A stretch of 54,497 bases of DNA from Hydrolagus affinis (lineage: Eukaryota): NCBI GenBank assembly GCA_012026655.1, contig JAAILG010002443.1:1-54497 (forward strand), given 5' to 3'. A model generated the notes under the pieces. The model did not search any database, had not been told where the DNA came from, and was given only the letters and a program-made list of their open reading frames with translations. Both the position numbers and the translations under genes were made by a program. Shown here piece after piece: positions 12,821-23,800 of the stretch. Each line of letters begins with the position of its first letter. Positions within the stretch are counted from its first letter, which is position 1.

Positions 12821-13584
12821 TAATATTACAGTACTTCATACAATATAAAGGATTACAATACAATATAAAATGAACGTCAACATCTTGTTTTCCAGTTCTA
12901 TTGCATTCTACCATTCTGAAGAGTAAATGGTCTTTTTTTATTTACAGGAATAATGAATTACTGTTGTGGAATAAAGGTACTGTACAAAATAATATAGTGG
13001 AGATTACTGGGTTTTTAAAAACATATTTGTAGGAATTGTCTTTTGTCTCTGGATAGAAGGCATCTAAAGCTTTTCTTTTTACAACCAGCAGATTTTCAAA
13101 CTTGTATTCTGAATTGGATGAAAATATTACATTACTCGGGTGAGGGTATGATCAAATAATAGCAACATGGGGCCAGAATTTTGGTCAAAATAGGAACCTA
13201 GACTTGTTAACTGACATGGTCTTCTTGTCGCTTAGATGGGTTGAGATGTATGATATTGTATAAACTGTAGAACTAGGACTTAGACATTTAGTTAACCTTT
13301 TCTGAAAGTGTAGAAATTGTGTGATGTTCTATTGAACACTTATCAGTGTCAATAAATCTATTTATTTATCAAAAATAATGATCTGTTCCTACAGTCAAAT
13401 GAACTCCTTTTCTTTGCTTCTCTTCTTTCAGTTTCCATCAAGGTGTTGGTTTCGAGAAACCTGTTGATAGAAGATTGGATTGCTCTATATTCTATCTGGC
13501 TTTAGATTTACAAATAAGCTAAGAGAATTGAGCTTAATGATTTCAGGCTTGGCTTCTGTAACTCAAACAAGATTAAAATCTTTT

Positions 13585-13710
13585 CGACCATGCTTTTGGT
13601 CACCTTCTTCCCCCTCCCCATGGCTCAACCCCGGGATCGGTTATTGGGAAGCACTCTGAGACGTCGTTCGGCGTGGAGGCCGCTATATAAATCCAAATTG
13701 TTGTTGTTGT
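13585..13710 (+). mobile_element. L2 3' terminal fragment
   Basis: aagcactctgagacgtc...ggaggccgctatataaatccaaattgttgttgttg. Confidence 0.8.
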
Positions 13711-14672
13711 AAAATGACAACTTGATGGTAGTAGCTCAATTTCAACTTCAGACATATGAATATCCACTGAATGGCATCAATGATATTCATGCTCATTGCT
13801 AAAAAAATTTTAAATACGTGGTCAATAGCAGTTTTTAAGAGGTGTATCATCAAATGGGATTATTAAAACATAAATCAAATTCCATATGTAGAAATAATAT
13901 ATTGACTATGAAAGAAATCAGATGCCAGAAACTATACAGTACTTCCTGGTTTAAATGACTGATGATTCCCAGAAATTCAAGGGAAGATTGCTCAAGTGGT
14001 TTGCTGAAGGGATAATGCTTCTCCAGTTCCAACTGAATGCTTTAAACCAGCAGAAAGCATTGCATGATCCCACAAATTATTACTTTAAAATGTATATATC
14101 ATTCTGATGCAGTAGGGGTCATGAACCACCCACAGTGGTGCATTTGACACTTTGGGTTAATGCCAATTGCAGTTCAGTGAGTTCATTGACTAGCAATGCA
14201 CTGCCTTCTAAATTAAGACACCCAATACTGGAAATTATTGAACTGCAAGTTCTAGCAAATGCTGTAGCTGTAGCAAAGTCATCTATTTTAATCAAATTTG
14301 TACTTTTTCCATCGTGGGTCTGACCGGATGGTTTACATAAATCATATTATAATCCTACTGTCAGACATCAATGTGTAACTTACATGTTGAAGCCATTGTG
14401 CTAAACCGGAAAGGTCTAATTAGACTGGGCTGAAGATCAAGAAGAAAGTAGAGTGTTGTTGTATTATTACTCACTGAAACACGTAACACTGGAATTACCT
14501 TGCATCCCTGGCTTCATGAAAAAATATATTACAGTACAACATTAGCCAAAATGCTGAAATTCTACCACACATAAGAAAGGTCAGTCAAGTGTGAAAGGTC
14601 AGGTAAATCTATCTTCATACAAAGTCCCAGCACAAAAGGAATCTAGTAAGCTGCTCTTCAGAAATGCAAATA

Positions 14673-15381
14673 CAGTAAAAGCCCATTTATCCAGCACCCA
14701 CGGGACCTGGCCAATGCCGGTTAAAGCGCCTGCTGGATATTCAGAGGGCCCGCGGCCGAAAACCCACAACAAAAAGATTAAAGTTCTTTTAACACACACC
14801 ATACACACCAGACTAAACAATAACAGATAATAACAGAATATTGTATTGGTACTTATTGTTAAAACTACTCTCTTGCGCTTCTCACCTTTACTGATTGAGG
14901 TTTACAGTCCAGCGATTCTTTTTTAAACGGAGGACGCAAAGTGGGTGAAAAAAATGGCAGCGCGATTTTAAAGTGTCGCAACTCTCCTAGCGGCAAACTG
15001 ATATACTGCACCTGCGTGACAATGTGGGTTATCGGCTAGCGTTATCGGCTTGCTGCTACTATGGCTTTAAAGTCATGCTCTGTTTTTTTCACCCGCTTGA
15101 CACGCTCCATTTTAAAAAGAATCGCTGGACTATAAACCTCAACTGCAGCATCATGGCTTCAAGAGCAGCATCTACTAGTAAAGGTGAGAAGCGCAAGAGA
15201 GTAGTTTGAACAATAAGTACCAATACAATATTGTTATTATATTATTATTTATACATTTACAAATGCTCCACTGCTATTGTTCTGGATAAGTTCTGGTTTA
15301 TCGAATGGGAACTTTTTTTTTGGCGTGCCGGTTATACAGAAGTGCCGGTTCATCGAGTTACGGATAAACGGGCTTCTACTG
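14673..15381. mobile_element. Non-autonomous Tigger/pogo-type DNA transposon with internal fold-back and transposase N-terminal relic
   Basis: TA|CAGTAAAAGCCCATTTATCC ... GGATAAACGGGCTTCTACTG|TA (terminal inverted repeats plus TA target duplication); internal inverted arms; MASRAASTSKGEKRKRVV encoded at 15153-15206. Confidence 0.9.
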
Positions 15382-16214
15382 TACAAGATCAGTTCAAACT
15401 GTTCTATTCCCAGACAGACTAATTGCAGGAAAGCAATCAAATCAATTTCTAATATCAAGCTTAACAAGCACTCTTTAGTAGGACTGAGTAACAGGTTACA
15501 CTTCTGTGACTAAGGTGAAGTTATTGAATATCACTATTGAGTCAGTTATAGGAATTGAGGATTGGCTCAAGAAATAAAGGTTAAACAATTTTTTAAACAC
15601 TCACACGCACATACACTCAGGATTGTTAGAATATGGAATGCATCACAACAAATAAGCACTGAAGCTGAGTTTTTTGAATGGCCTCCTTCTGTACTGTAAA
15701 CTATTACTAAATGTAAAATTAAAATAAATCCAACGTCAGAAAACAAGTATACTGTACTTTAGTTTGACTTGAAAACTTTTTCTTTGAAACTACCATGAAA
15801 AAAAATACATTTAATAAGTTAAGACTTTTCCTGAAATCAGGCTGTTTTTTTCTTCTTTCTTCTTTTTGGACGATTGCTTAAATTTTCGATTACAGTGAAG
15901 GCTTTATATTTTTCTTTAAACCAGTCCCAGTACAACTGTATGATACTTATTTTCTACCTAACCATTTTCAAAAATATTCTACATTTTCCTGCCTCGCTAA
16001 GTAGGCACTCCATAGCAGCATGTTTATCATTCATATTGCTGCATGGAACCAGTCTTGTAATGACCCACAGACAATGCAAGGATTATTATTTATTTTTATT
16101 GTTTCAAACACCTTTGATACCTTATGTGTTTGTTTATATGCAATGGCTGTGATTGTAGAAGTTCTGTACTTAACACAAAAACAAAGCAGGTGTACTTGTG
16201 TCTAATTTTGGAGC

Positions 16215-16432
16215 AGAGTCCAGTAGTTCAGTGGTTAGAGCACTCACCTTACAAGTGTGAGACCTATGTTTCGAATCCATGGAGGTCAGGGCGAAACCTT
16301 GGGCAAGTTTCTTTACTCCACACTCCTGATAATAATCCCTCAAAAAAACTATAATAAAAATTGGTCATTTCAATCCATGACTGTTGTGGGACACTGCTGT
16401 GCGCAATTGGCTGCTGCGTTTTGCCCACAAAT
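16215..16432 (+). mobile_element. tRNA-derived SINE, short form, 3'-truncated
   Basis: gagtccagtagttcagtggttagagcactcaccttacaag...gtttcgaatcc...tgtgcgcaattggctgctgcg. Confidence 0.88.
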
Positions 16433-16449
16433 AGTTACTGGAACTGCGG

Positions 16450-16800
16450 AGTTTTGTCAGTGAGGTTCAAGCCCCACATTGAGATTTAGAACTCATATAA
16501 TCTAAACTGACAGTCCAATGCAGTCCTCATGTTATGTTGCAGTGTGGTAAGTGCCATCCTTCAAAGATGTTAAACCAAGGCTCTGCCTGGATGGATGTTA
16601 AAGATCCCTCTATCATAAAAGATAAATGAGTTTCAAAATTGGCCATTCGCTTCATGGATGTTTTGTAGGACCCATTGCTATGCACAAATTGGATGCTGTG
16701 ATCACTCACACTGTCACTGCAGTTTACAGTAACTCCTGTGAAGCACTTTGGGACAACCTCCCAACATGAAGGCCCTACAGTAAATGTGAGGGATATTATC
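16450..16800 (+). mobile_element. Deu-domain SINE fragment
   Basis: ggttcaagccccac...gatgttaaaccaaggctctgcctggatggatgttaaagatccc...tgtgaagcactttgggac. Confidence 0.7.
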
Positions 16801-17379
16801 ATATAGCTAACATATACAACCTAATAGTTGTAACAACCCAACACTCCCAATCCAAGGGTTGAAGACAAACCTTTTGTTACCAGTATAAATATGTTTAAAG
16901 CTACCAATAGGAGAGAATGAACATTCAAAAAATTGTCTTTTCTGAAGACGATCACATATACAGTAGTATGGTTTTCTCAAATTCAATTGTATATAGTATT
17001 TGATATTCTTTAGTTATTTACAGAAAGAGACCAGACAGACACAATCCTTGGTGGCAATGATCAGACCAAAGAAATTCAGTAAAACCAGGACATTATAATG
17101 GAAAGTGAAAAGGTTTAAAATAAAATACATTCAACAAATATAACTATCCCAAACCGATAGATACCCATCTCACCTATATTATGCAAATTTAAAATATATT
17201 TCCTACAATTTCAACTATACTTTCATACAAATGAATTAATAAAATGAATAAGAAAATATATAACCTGGGCAAGAAATTGACCAATGAATTTTCTGAAAAT
17301 ACATTAGGAATATTGATTGCTTATTTACCAGATATTGGAATTGTAAAATAAATCTTCTTAAAATCTCACTGTCAACACA

Positions 17380-20300
17380 TTTTTCTTTATCTAAAACTTT
17401 ATTACTTGGCTATTCGATAGTCACAAGATAATATTCACTGCTTACACATTATAAGCCATGCAATAAGATGTCAAACAAAGGTGTTTTTCATAGCCAAAGT
17501 CTGAGGTGACACTTCAGAGTCAAGGGAGGCAATCTGGAGTCATGGGTTTCCCCCCAAACAAAGGGTACTTTTTAAAGCTTTGCAGGGGTACAATATATTG
17601 GGCACATTTACATAATAGACTATAGAGGAAATTTTATAAAATTATTTTTAATGTAATATAGAACTGCATTGAATATTCCCTTTGTTAAAGTTTATCCACA
17701 AATAATATTTTTCTTCGAAGGTCCTAAAAGGTTAAAACCTCCACACTGAAAATAGACATCTGTGCTATATTTACAGATAAATGACCACTGAAGGCGCTGA
17801 ATTATATTGCCTTATTGATACTGAATTATAGGTAACCTTTAGTTTTGGTTGATGACAAAACTGCTCTGTGCATATTTTGGGTTATTATCATTTGTCATCT
17901 TTATGGCTAGTATAAACATGGTTAGTCTGGTACCTGCTCACACTGCAGCAAGGAACTGAGTGTTCTTCCAGTGTTTTGTACAAAATATTGTCTCAGTTTA
18001 GTTCCATTTCTGAACATCCTTCACTTTGGTATAAATCTATAGATGATTTTAGAGAATTTAACTTTAAAGAGGGGCCAACCTCAATGGATTTATTCTTGGT
18101 TGCTAATAATTATGGGGAAAATATAATCCCAAACCACATTTAAAAAGGGATACAATAATCTATTCCCATTGACTGTGCAAATGTCTTTTTGATTAACTCA
18201 ATCATTATTTACTATACCAACCAACTGTATAGGTGCCAATAAAATATAGGCAATCACCAAAAGCCAGTTTACTTAGCACTATTCATAGTGGTTTAACGGC
18301 TGCAAACAAAGTATATACCTTTTGTGCAAATACAACACAGATACTTCATTGCTTTCACTGTATAAAAATGTCCTAAATAATAGGACAATTCTGATGTGGA
18401 AATCTAGATAACTGGATGGCAGAAAAGGTAGGCACTTTGATATTTCTTTCAAATCAATGACAAATCTTCATAAATCCATCATAAAAACAGCATAAAATAC
18501 ACAACACATAATTTTAATTCTTCATGCTTTTCTGGACTGTATAACGTTGCCAGTTAAAGCATAAGTGGGTACAAATGTCAGTGCAAAAACACTAGGAAAT
18601 GAACTCCCAGTTACACAGAAAGCGAACAGAAAAAAGCTGTAACAGACAACTTGCATAACCTACTCATGTTTGTAGAAACTTGTTCTTTTTGAACGATTTA
18701 CTTCACTTGAGAATTCTGCATGTAATTTTGCTAAAGTAAAGAAAAACAAATCTGGTGTTGTTGGGAATCTCAAGTAAGCAAGCAAGCGAGTGGCTCAATT
18801 ACAGAACGGATGGACTTCCTTGCCTCAGATGTGGGAGCTGTGCCTCTTCTCAACAAGGCTGTTAGATACTCTGCCACACAGACATATCTTGGCTTGAGGA
18901 AAGAGAAAGGAACGGAAGAACCAACATTCACTTAACTATTTTGAATAGCACCTTTCACAAGCTAACTCCATTGCATCAGTAATGGCAGTTATGCTTCAGT
19001 GTGCAACCCACAGTGTTCACTCTCCAAGCTGAAGAACACTGTAGATGGTAGTAAGCAGCAAAGAAACATTTACAAATTAAAAAAAACCTCACAAAGCAAC
19101 CATCACAATTTTCATAGTTCATGGTCACACAGGTTTCCCAGCAAACATATTTGCAGGATATTTAAGTCATCTGTTTCAGTTTCCTACTTTTTCCACTGTC
19201 AAGTACACCCACATACCTATACATTGTTTTTCACTTTAATTTTGCAATTTAGGAAAATGAGGATACAAGTTTTGCCAATGTCTGCTGGTACTACTATTAT
19301 TTTTGCTCTATTTAAGATGTAAAACTTGCACAGAAAGGTCTCTTAAAGCAGACATTCATTTCAGGTTTTCACATTACATTGTAGAGGTGTGTTAGAATAA
19401 AAACTGGTACCATGCCCAACTGATTCCCACCGGTAATGTTAAGCTATTGAGATGCTGCAGCACATTGTATTTATAGGGCCAGTCATTAGAAATATTAAGA
19501 GTAATTGTACAGGAAATTGTTGGTATTGCAGTTATACACATCAAACGTGGAAAATTAATGGTTTTGTAAGATTGTACGGACAATTAGTATTTTCACTACA
19601 GTAAATGTGCTTAAGATGGCAGTAAAACACAATAGGACTTTAGTCAGTCACTCAAAACATGTACTATTTCGGTATTTTGTGGTGGGGCAATAATAGAATG
19701 CCAGCTGTGGTTGTCAGATGACTGATGAACCAAGCGTTACTGTACAATAATTAGCATCATAGTACACCACTAAAAAGATACTTATTTTGCTCAAGTACCT
19801 GCAGATAATTATTTCATTTCCTTCATGCTGCGTAAATAGGTCTTTTTATACGAAGACCAGAGAAAAATGCATTTCCACAGGTCTAGAAAACCAGGATATG
19901 TAAAGTGCAGAGGAAATTACATTTAAATCTCTCTACTCAGCAGTACAATGCATTTTACCATCTCATTCTATTCCATCTCAACTATACATACAATGCACTT
20001 TGGCTAGTGGTTCATTTTAAATTTCTATGGGTGGAATCTAAAAATTCAGTGCATAATTTATCTTTGTTGTTATCTAATAAATAATATTGAGCAAGAAAGC
20101 TAGTCTTAAAGATCTTATTGTTCTCTGATCTGCATATAGTTAAGTAGTACCATATTTGGTGATACGGCAAGGTAACCATGGAATGATTACACATTGATAG
20201 GTCAATGTCTCCTTTTTGGCACAATTGTTTGTGCAAAATAAAACAGGCTTTGGTCCTTGGATTCAAAACTCCTAACCACCGAGGTCTGTGCAGTAAATGC

Positions 20301-20394
20301 TCTCCACAGGGTAATGTTGCAATAGAGTTTGTATCATTTTTGCCAGATGACTCTTTGCAGTAATTGCAAACACACAATTTCCAGCAATTTTCTG
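17380..20394 (-). other. BICC1: Probable BICC1 3' UTR (~3 kb; distal end inferred)
   Basis: Follows the stop codon and has no recognisable interspersed repeats, unlike its flanks. Minus-strand AATAAA hexamers lie at 18094-18089 and 17403-17398. Confidence 0.55.
17398..17403 (-). terminator. Candidate polyadenylation signal AATAAA
   Basis: Minus strand reads AATAAAgttttagataaagaaaaaTGTGTTGacagtgagatttt, i.e. the hexamer followed by a GU/U-rich tract. Confidence 0.45.
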
Positions 20395-20525
20395 CTACCA
20401 ACGGCCACTTATACTGGCAATGTCACTGTGATACTGCCGTGGTAACCTGCCACTTGCCCCGCCTTCCAGAAATGTTGAGCGAATTATTGGTGGGTCAAAC
20501 AGCTTGCAGCAATTTTTGTTCAATT
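20395..20525 (-). CDS. BICC1: BICC1 last coding exon with TAG stop
   Basis: tccag|AA TTG...TGG TAG; 131 nt; (E)LNKNCCKLFDPPIIRSTFLEGGASGRLPRQYHSDIASISGRW*. Confidence 0.96.
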
Positions 20526-20731
20526 CTGGAGGGGCAGAATGCAGAGTGTTTAGTTATTTCAGTCAGGCGGTGAAACAGATTCATTGCTATTACTGATTAG
20601 CAGTAGAAACCTGGTGAAACAGTATTACAAGACAAAACCTAGCTACTGTATATGTCTTAAGCCCTAACCATTTTCATAGTATTCTTATGTAGCCCTGATG
20701 CAATAAAAAAAAAGCCACTCAATGCAGTGGA

Positions 20732-21268
20732 GCAACAACAACACCACCAAAATTATATTTGTAGAGCGCCTTTCACATCGGGAGGGCGTTGTCCCAAGGC
20801 GCTGAACATTCAGGTGGGACCCGAGGAAGGATAGGGGTCCTTGCTCGGAGGAGGGAGAAAGTTGGGAAGATAGGGAGAGAGATGTGAGGGCAGCAGAAGG
20901 CAAGATCAAAGAGGAGGATCTTGAGGCAGGCCTTGAAGGAGGCAAGGGAGGCGAAGGGACTTTGGGATGGAGTTCCAGAGTGTGGGGGCCGAGAGGGTGA
21001 AGGCCCGTCACCGATGGTAGGGCAGGTTGGGTGGGGTGGGAGACATGGAGCAGATCGGAGCCCACTGAATGGAGGGGGCGGGCAGGTTCCTAGTGAGTCA
21101 GCAGGTCGGAGAGATACAAGGGGGCATGGCCGTGAATGGCCTTGAAAGTGGGGACGATCCTCTGGAGGATGGGGAGACAATGGAGCCGAGCAAGGATAGG
21201 AGTACTGTTGTCGCAGAGCCCAGTGGGAAAGGACACGAGCTACAGAGTTCTGTATCATCTGCAGATTG
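20732..21268 (-). mobile_element. L2 3' fragment in the last BICC1 intron
   Basis: LHNLQMIQNSVARVLS motif, homology to 11299-11990, and tail gtgaaaggcgctctacaaat...ttgttgttg. Confidence 0.88.
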
Positions 21269-21639
21269 TGAAGAGTAAAGCAAAAAGAGACATTGTGGTC
21301 CTCAATAGGAATGTTACTTATATAACACATTATTCTACTGTCACGAGCTTGGCAACAGAATGTTAGAATCCTCTTATAGTCTACCTCCTGACAGGTCCAC
21401 AGTAGTCCAAAGCACTGCTGATGATAGATCAGCCAGCCTGGCATATCGGAATGACATGGTCATTGGGGTCAGGTTTTATTTCCAAAGCCCTAAGGGTAGA
21501 ATGTTCCTAGCCGGACAAGCAGCACTTTCGATGGAAAGCTAAGTGGTTTTAGCTGGTTAAACTCCACAATTAGTCTTGATATAACCAACTGCTCTATACA
21601 CACACTCTGGGACTCTCGCCAATCTGCACCTAACACTAC

Positions 21640-21812
21640 AGAATTAGGTAAGCAGAGTGAGTCCCTTCGAGGAGAGAATGCATTCCATTCTGAACACAAA
21701 TATATTTCAGTGACAAGGTGGCACACACATGTGGAACTCTCAGTCTGGTATGGATTCTCTTCAGCACAGTGATGGGATTCCACACATGTCAGACATCTGG
21801 CTGACCAAAAAG
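21640..21812 (-). repeat. Unclassified old dispersed repeat; related copies on + at ~49583-49735 and ~52196-52240
   Basis: Shared collinear blocks tttttggtcagccag.tgtctgaca, agagttccac, ccacct, gaaatat, tggaatgc, attctctcctcg. Confidence 0.7.
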
Positions 21813-22081
21813 AAAAACAAACACCTGAAACGTATGCAGTTACTTTCTTTCAATACTGAATGTATTACAGCTGGAAGCAACACTCTTAAGTTTTCAATTC
21901 GGCATTTTTCACCCCAAAATGGAAAGAAATGGTGACGCACTTAAAACAAGGTTTTATATATATTTTTAAACCTGATCCATCTTAAATATTAATAAAAATT
22001 TAAAAATTTGTCTCTCCATTCCCTTTTAGGGGAATTCCCTTTCATATTGTGAGAGCTGCAAAAACGAGATGAAACGCCCAC

Positions 22082-22181
22082 CAGAAATTGCAAGCATCAT
22101 TTTCCTTCTGGCACCAAATGTGGTAATGCCAAGCTCTTTCAAGTCCTGATCTGTGAGTGTGAGAAACGTCTGGAGATCAAT
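22082..22181 (-). CDS. BICC1: BICC1 coding exon (exon 20 equivalent), SAM domain
   Basis: ttcag|ATT...TCT G|gtgggc; 100 nt; IDLQTFLTLTDQDLKELGITTFGARRKMMLAIS. Confidence 0.97.
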
Positions 22182-22631
22182 CTGAAAAGAAGAACCAGCA
22201 GGAAAGTAAATAACTAATTTGTTGTTACATTGAAACACAACAATGCTCCCAATTCTTTAGTAATGACAATTCTCTCATTTGCCATAGCTCCTAGAAGACT
22301 AATTTGACAGCACTAGTATAGCTACTATATTTATTTGGTTCATACAATATCAACACCGATATAACATAAATTTGCTGTGCTCAATTTGGCTGCCCCATTG
22401 TCTAAAAAATGGTAGCTACAGTTCACAATATATCCTGTGAAATGTTTCAAGATGTCCTTCTGGGTAAAGATAACAAGAAATGCAAGCTAGCAAGAACATA
22501 TATTTTTGTCATTTCTCTTCCAGAATTTACAGCACTGTACAGTAGGGACAGGAACTACTTACAGTGTGATTTTATCTATTTGTGAGGATTTATGTTTTCA
22601 ATTTAAAGCTTTATTCAGAATCTTTTACAAT

Positions 22632-23072
22632 ATCTTTAGGAAGGATGTCAGGGCCTTGGAGAGGGTAGAAATGAGATTTACTAGAATGATACCAGGGAAG
22701 AGGGACTTCAATTATGTGGAGAGACTAGAGATGAGTTTTAATAAAAATAAATAGGGAAAAACTGTTTTCTCTGGTGGGTGAGTAACCAGAGGACACAGAT
22801 TCAAGATAACTGTCAAAGTATCAGAGGAAAAGAGAATGTTTTTTACCCAGAGGTTTGTTACAATTTGGAATGCATTGCCTGAAAGGGTGGTGGAAGAAGA
22901 TTTGATAAAAGCTTTCAAAAGGGAATTGGATAGGTACTTGAAAACTAGAAAATTACAGGACTATGGCATAAGAGTGTGGGCATGGGACTAGATGGATAGC
23001 TCTTTCAAAGAAATGGCACAGGCATGACGGACTGAACGGCCTCCTTCTGTGCAATAAAGATTCTATGATTCT
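22632..23072 (+). mobile_element. CR1-type LINE 3' fragment with internal deletion
   Basis: FRKDVRALERVEMRFTRMIPGKRDFNYVERLE (CR1 ORF2 end), tggaatgcattgcctgaaagggtggtgga, and tail ggcctccttctgtg...ttctatgattct. Confidence 0.9.
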
Positions 23073-23137
23073 GTGCATCTGCAGACGTCAGAATGAATTG
23101 CAAACATTAACAGTTGATTAAATGTCCTTGGACTTAC

Positions 23138-23298
23138 CTCTTGTTGTTGGAAAACATCAATGTATTTGCCCAAACCAAGCTTGCTAAAGAGCTCGGGCAG
23201 ATCATCACATTTAAAAGAGCTGTTCAGGTTGCACCCATTCCCACCGGTCAGTGACAAGATGCAGTCCATGTAATTACTGCTACTCAGATAATGCTCAG
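23138..23298 (-). CDS. BICC1: BICC1 coding exon (exon 19 equivalent), start of SAM domain
   Basis: cccag|CT GAG...GAG|gtaagt; 161 nt; EHYLSSSNYMDCILSLTGGNGCNLNSSFKCDDLPELFSKLGLGKYIDVFQQQE. Confidence 0.97.
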
Positions 23299-23439
23299 CT
23301 GGGGAAGCAAAACCAAATATATTATATTTTTACTTCATTAAAGTCCACATCTTTTAATTTCTTAACTCTGCCCAGTAGAAGTAAACTGCAAGATTACAAT
23401 GTTGAAATTGTGCAGATACAATTCAACCCGAGACCATTA

Positions 23440-23800
23440 ACCCATGACCCTGCCTGCTCAGATCCCTGTCAGACTGTTCAGGTGGATGTTGAAGATCCTA
23501 CGGTACTATTCGAAAAAAGAAGGGAGTTTCTCCTGGTGTCATGGCCAATAATCCCCCAAATTAAAAATTGGTCATTCACTACATGGCTGTTTGTGGGACA
23601 TCAGTATGTGTGTTATTGGGTGTTGTATAAAAATGTACAGTTATTCCATTTTGTACAGAATGGAAAATGTATTCCATTCAAAATGTATGTACAAAATGTA
23701 CAGTCATTCCATTTTACAGTATATTCTGTGAAGCACTTTAGGGCGTCCTCTTGACATGAAAGGTGCAAAACTAAATGTAAGGATTATTATTGATTATTAT
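23440..23800 (+). mobile_element. Deu-domain SINE fragment with locally rearranged tail
   Basis: ttcaggtggatgttgaagatcc...ttctcctggtgtcatggccaata...tgtgaagcactttaggg...aaggattattatt. Confidence 0.75.

Noticed and set aside
20685-21444. 223-aa and 126-aa minus-strand ORFs
   Set aside because: They run largely through a decayed GC-rich L2 fragment and do not fit the BICC1 structure.
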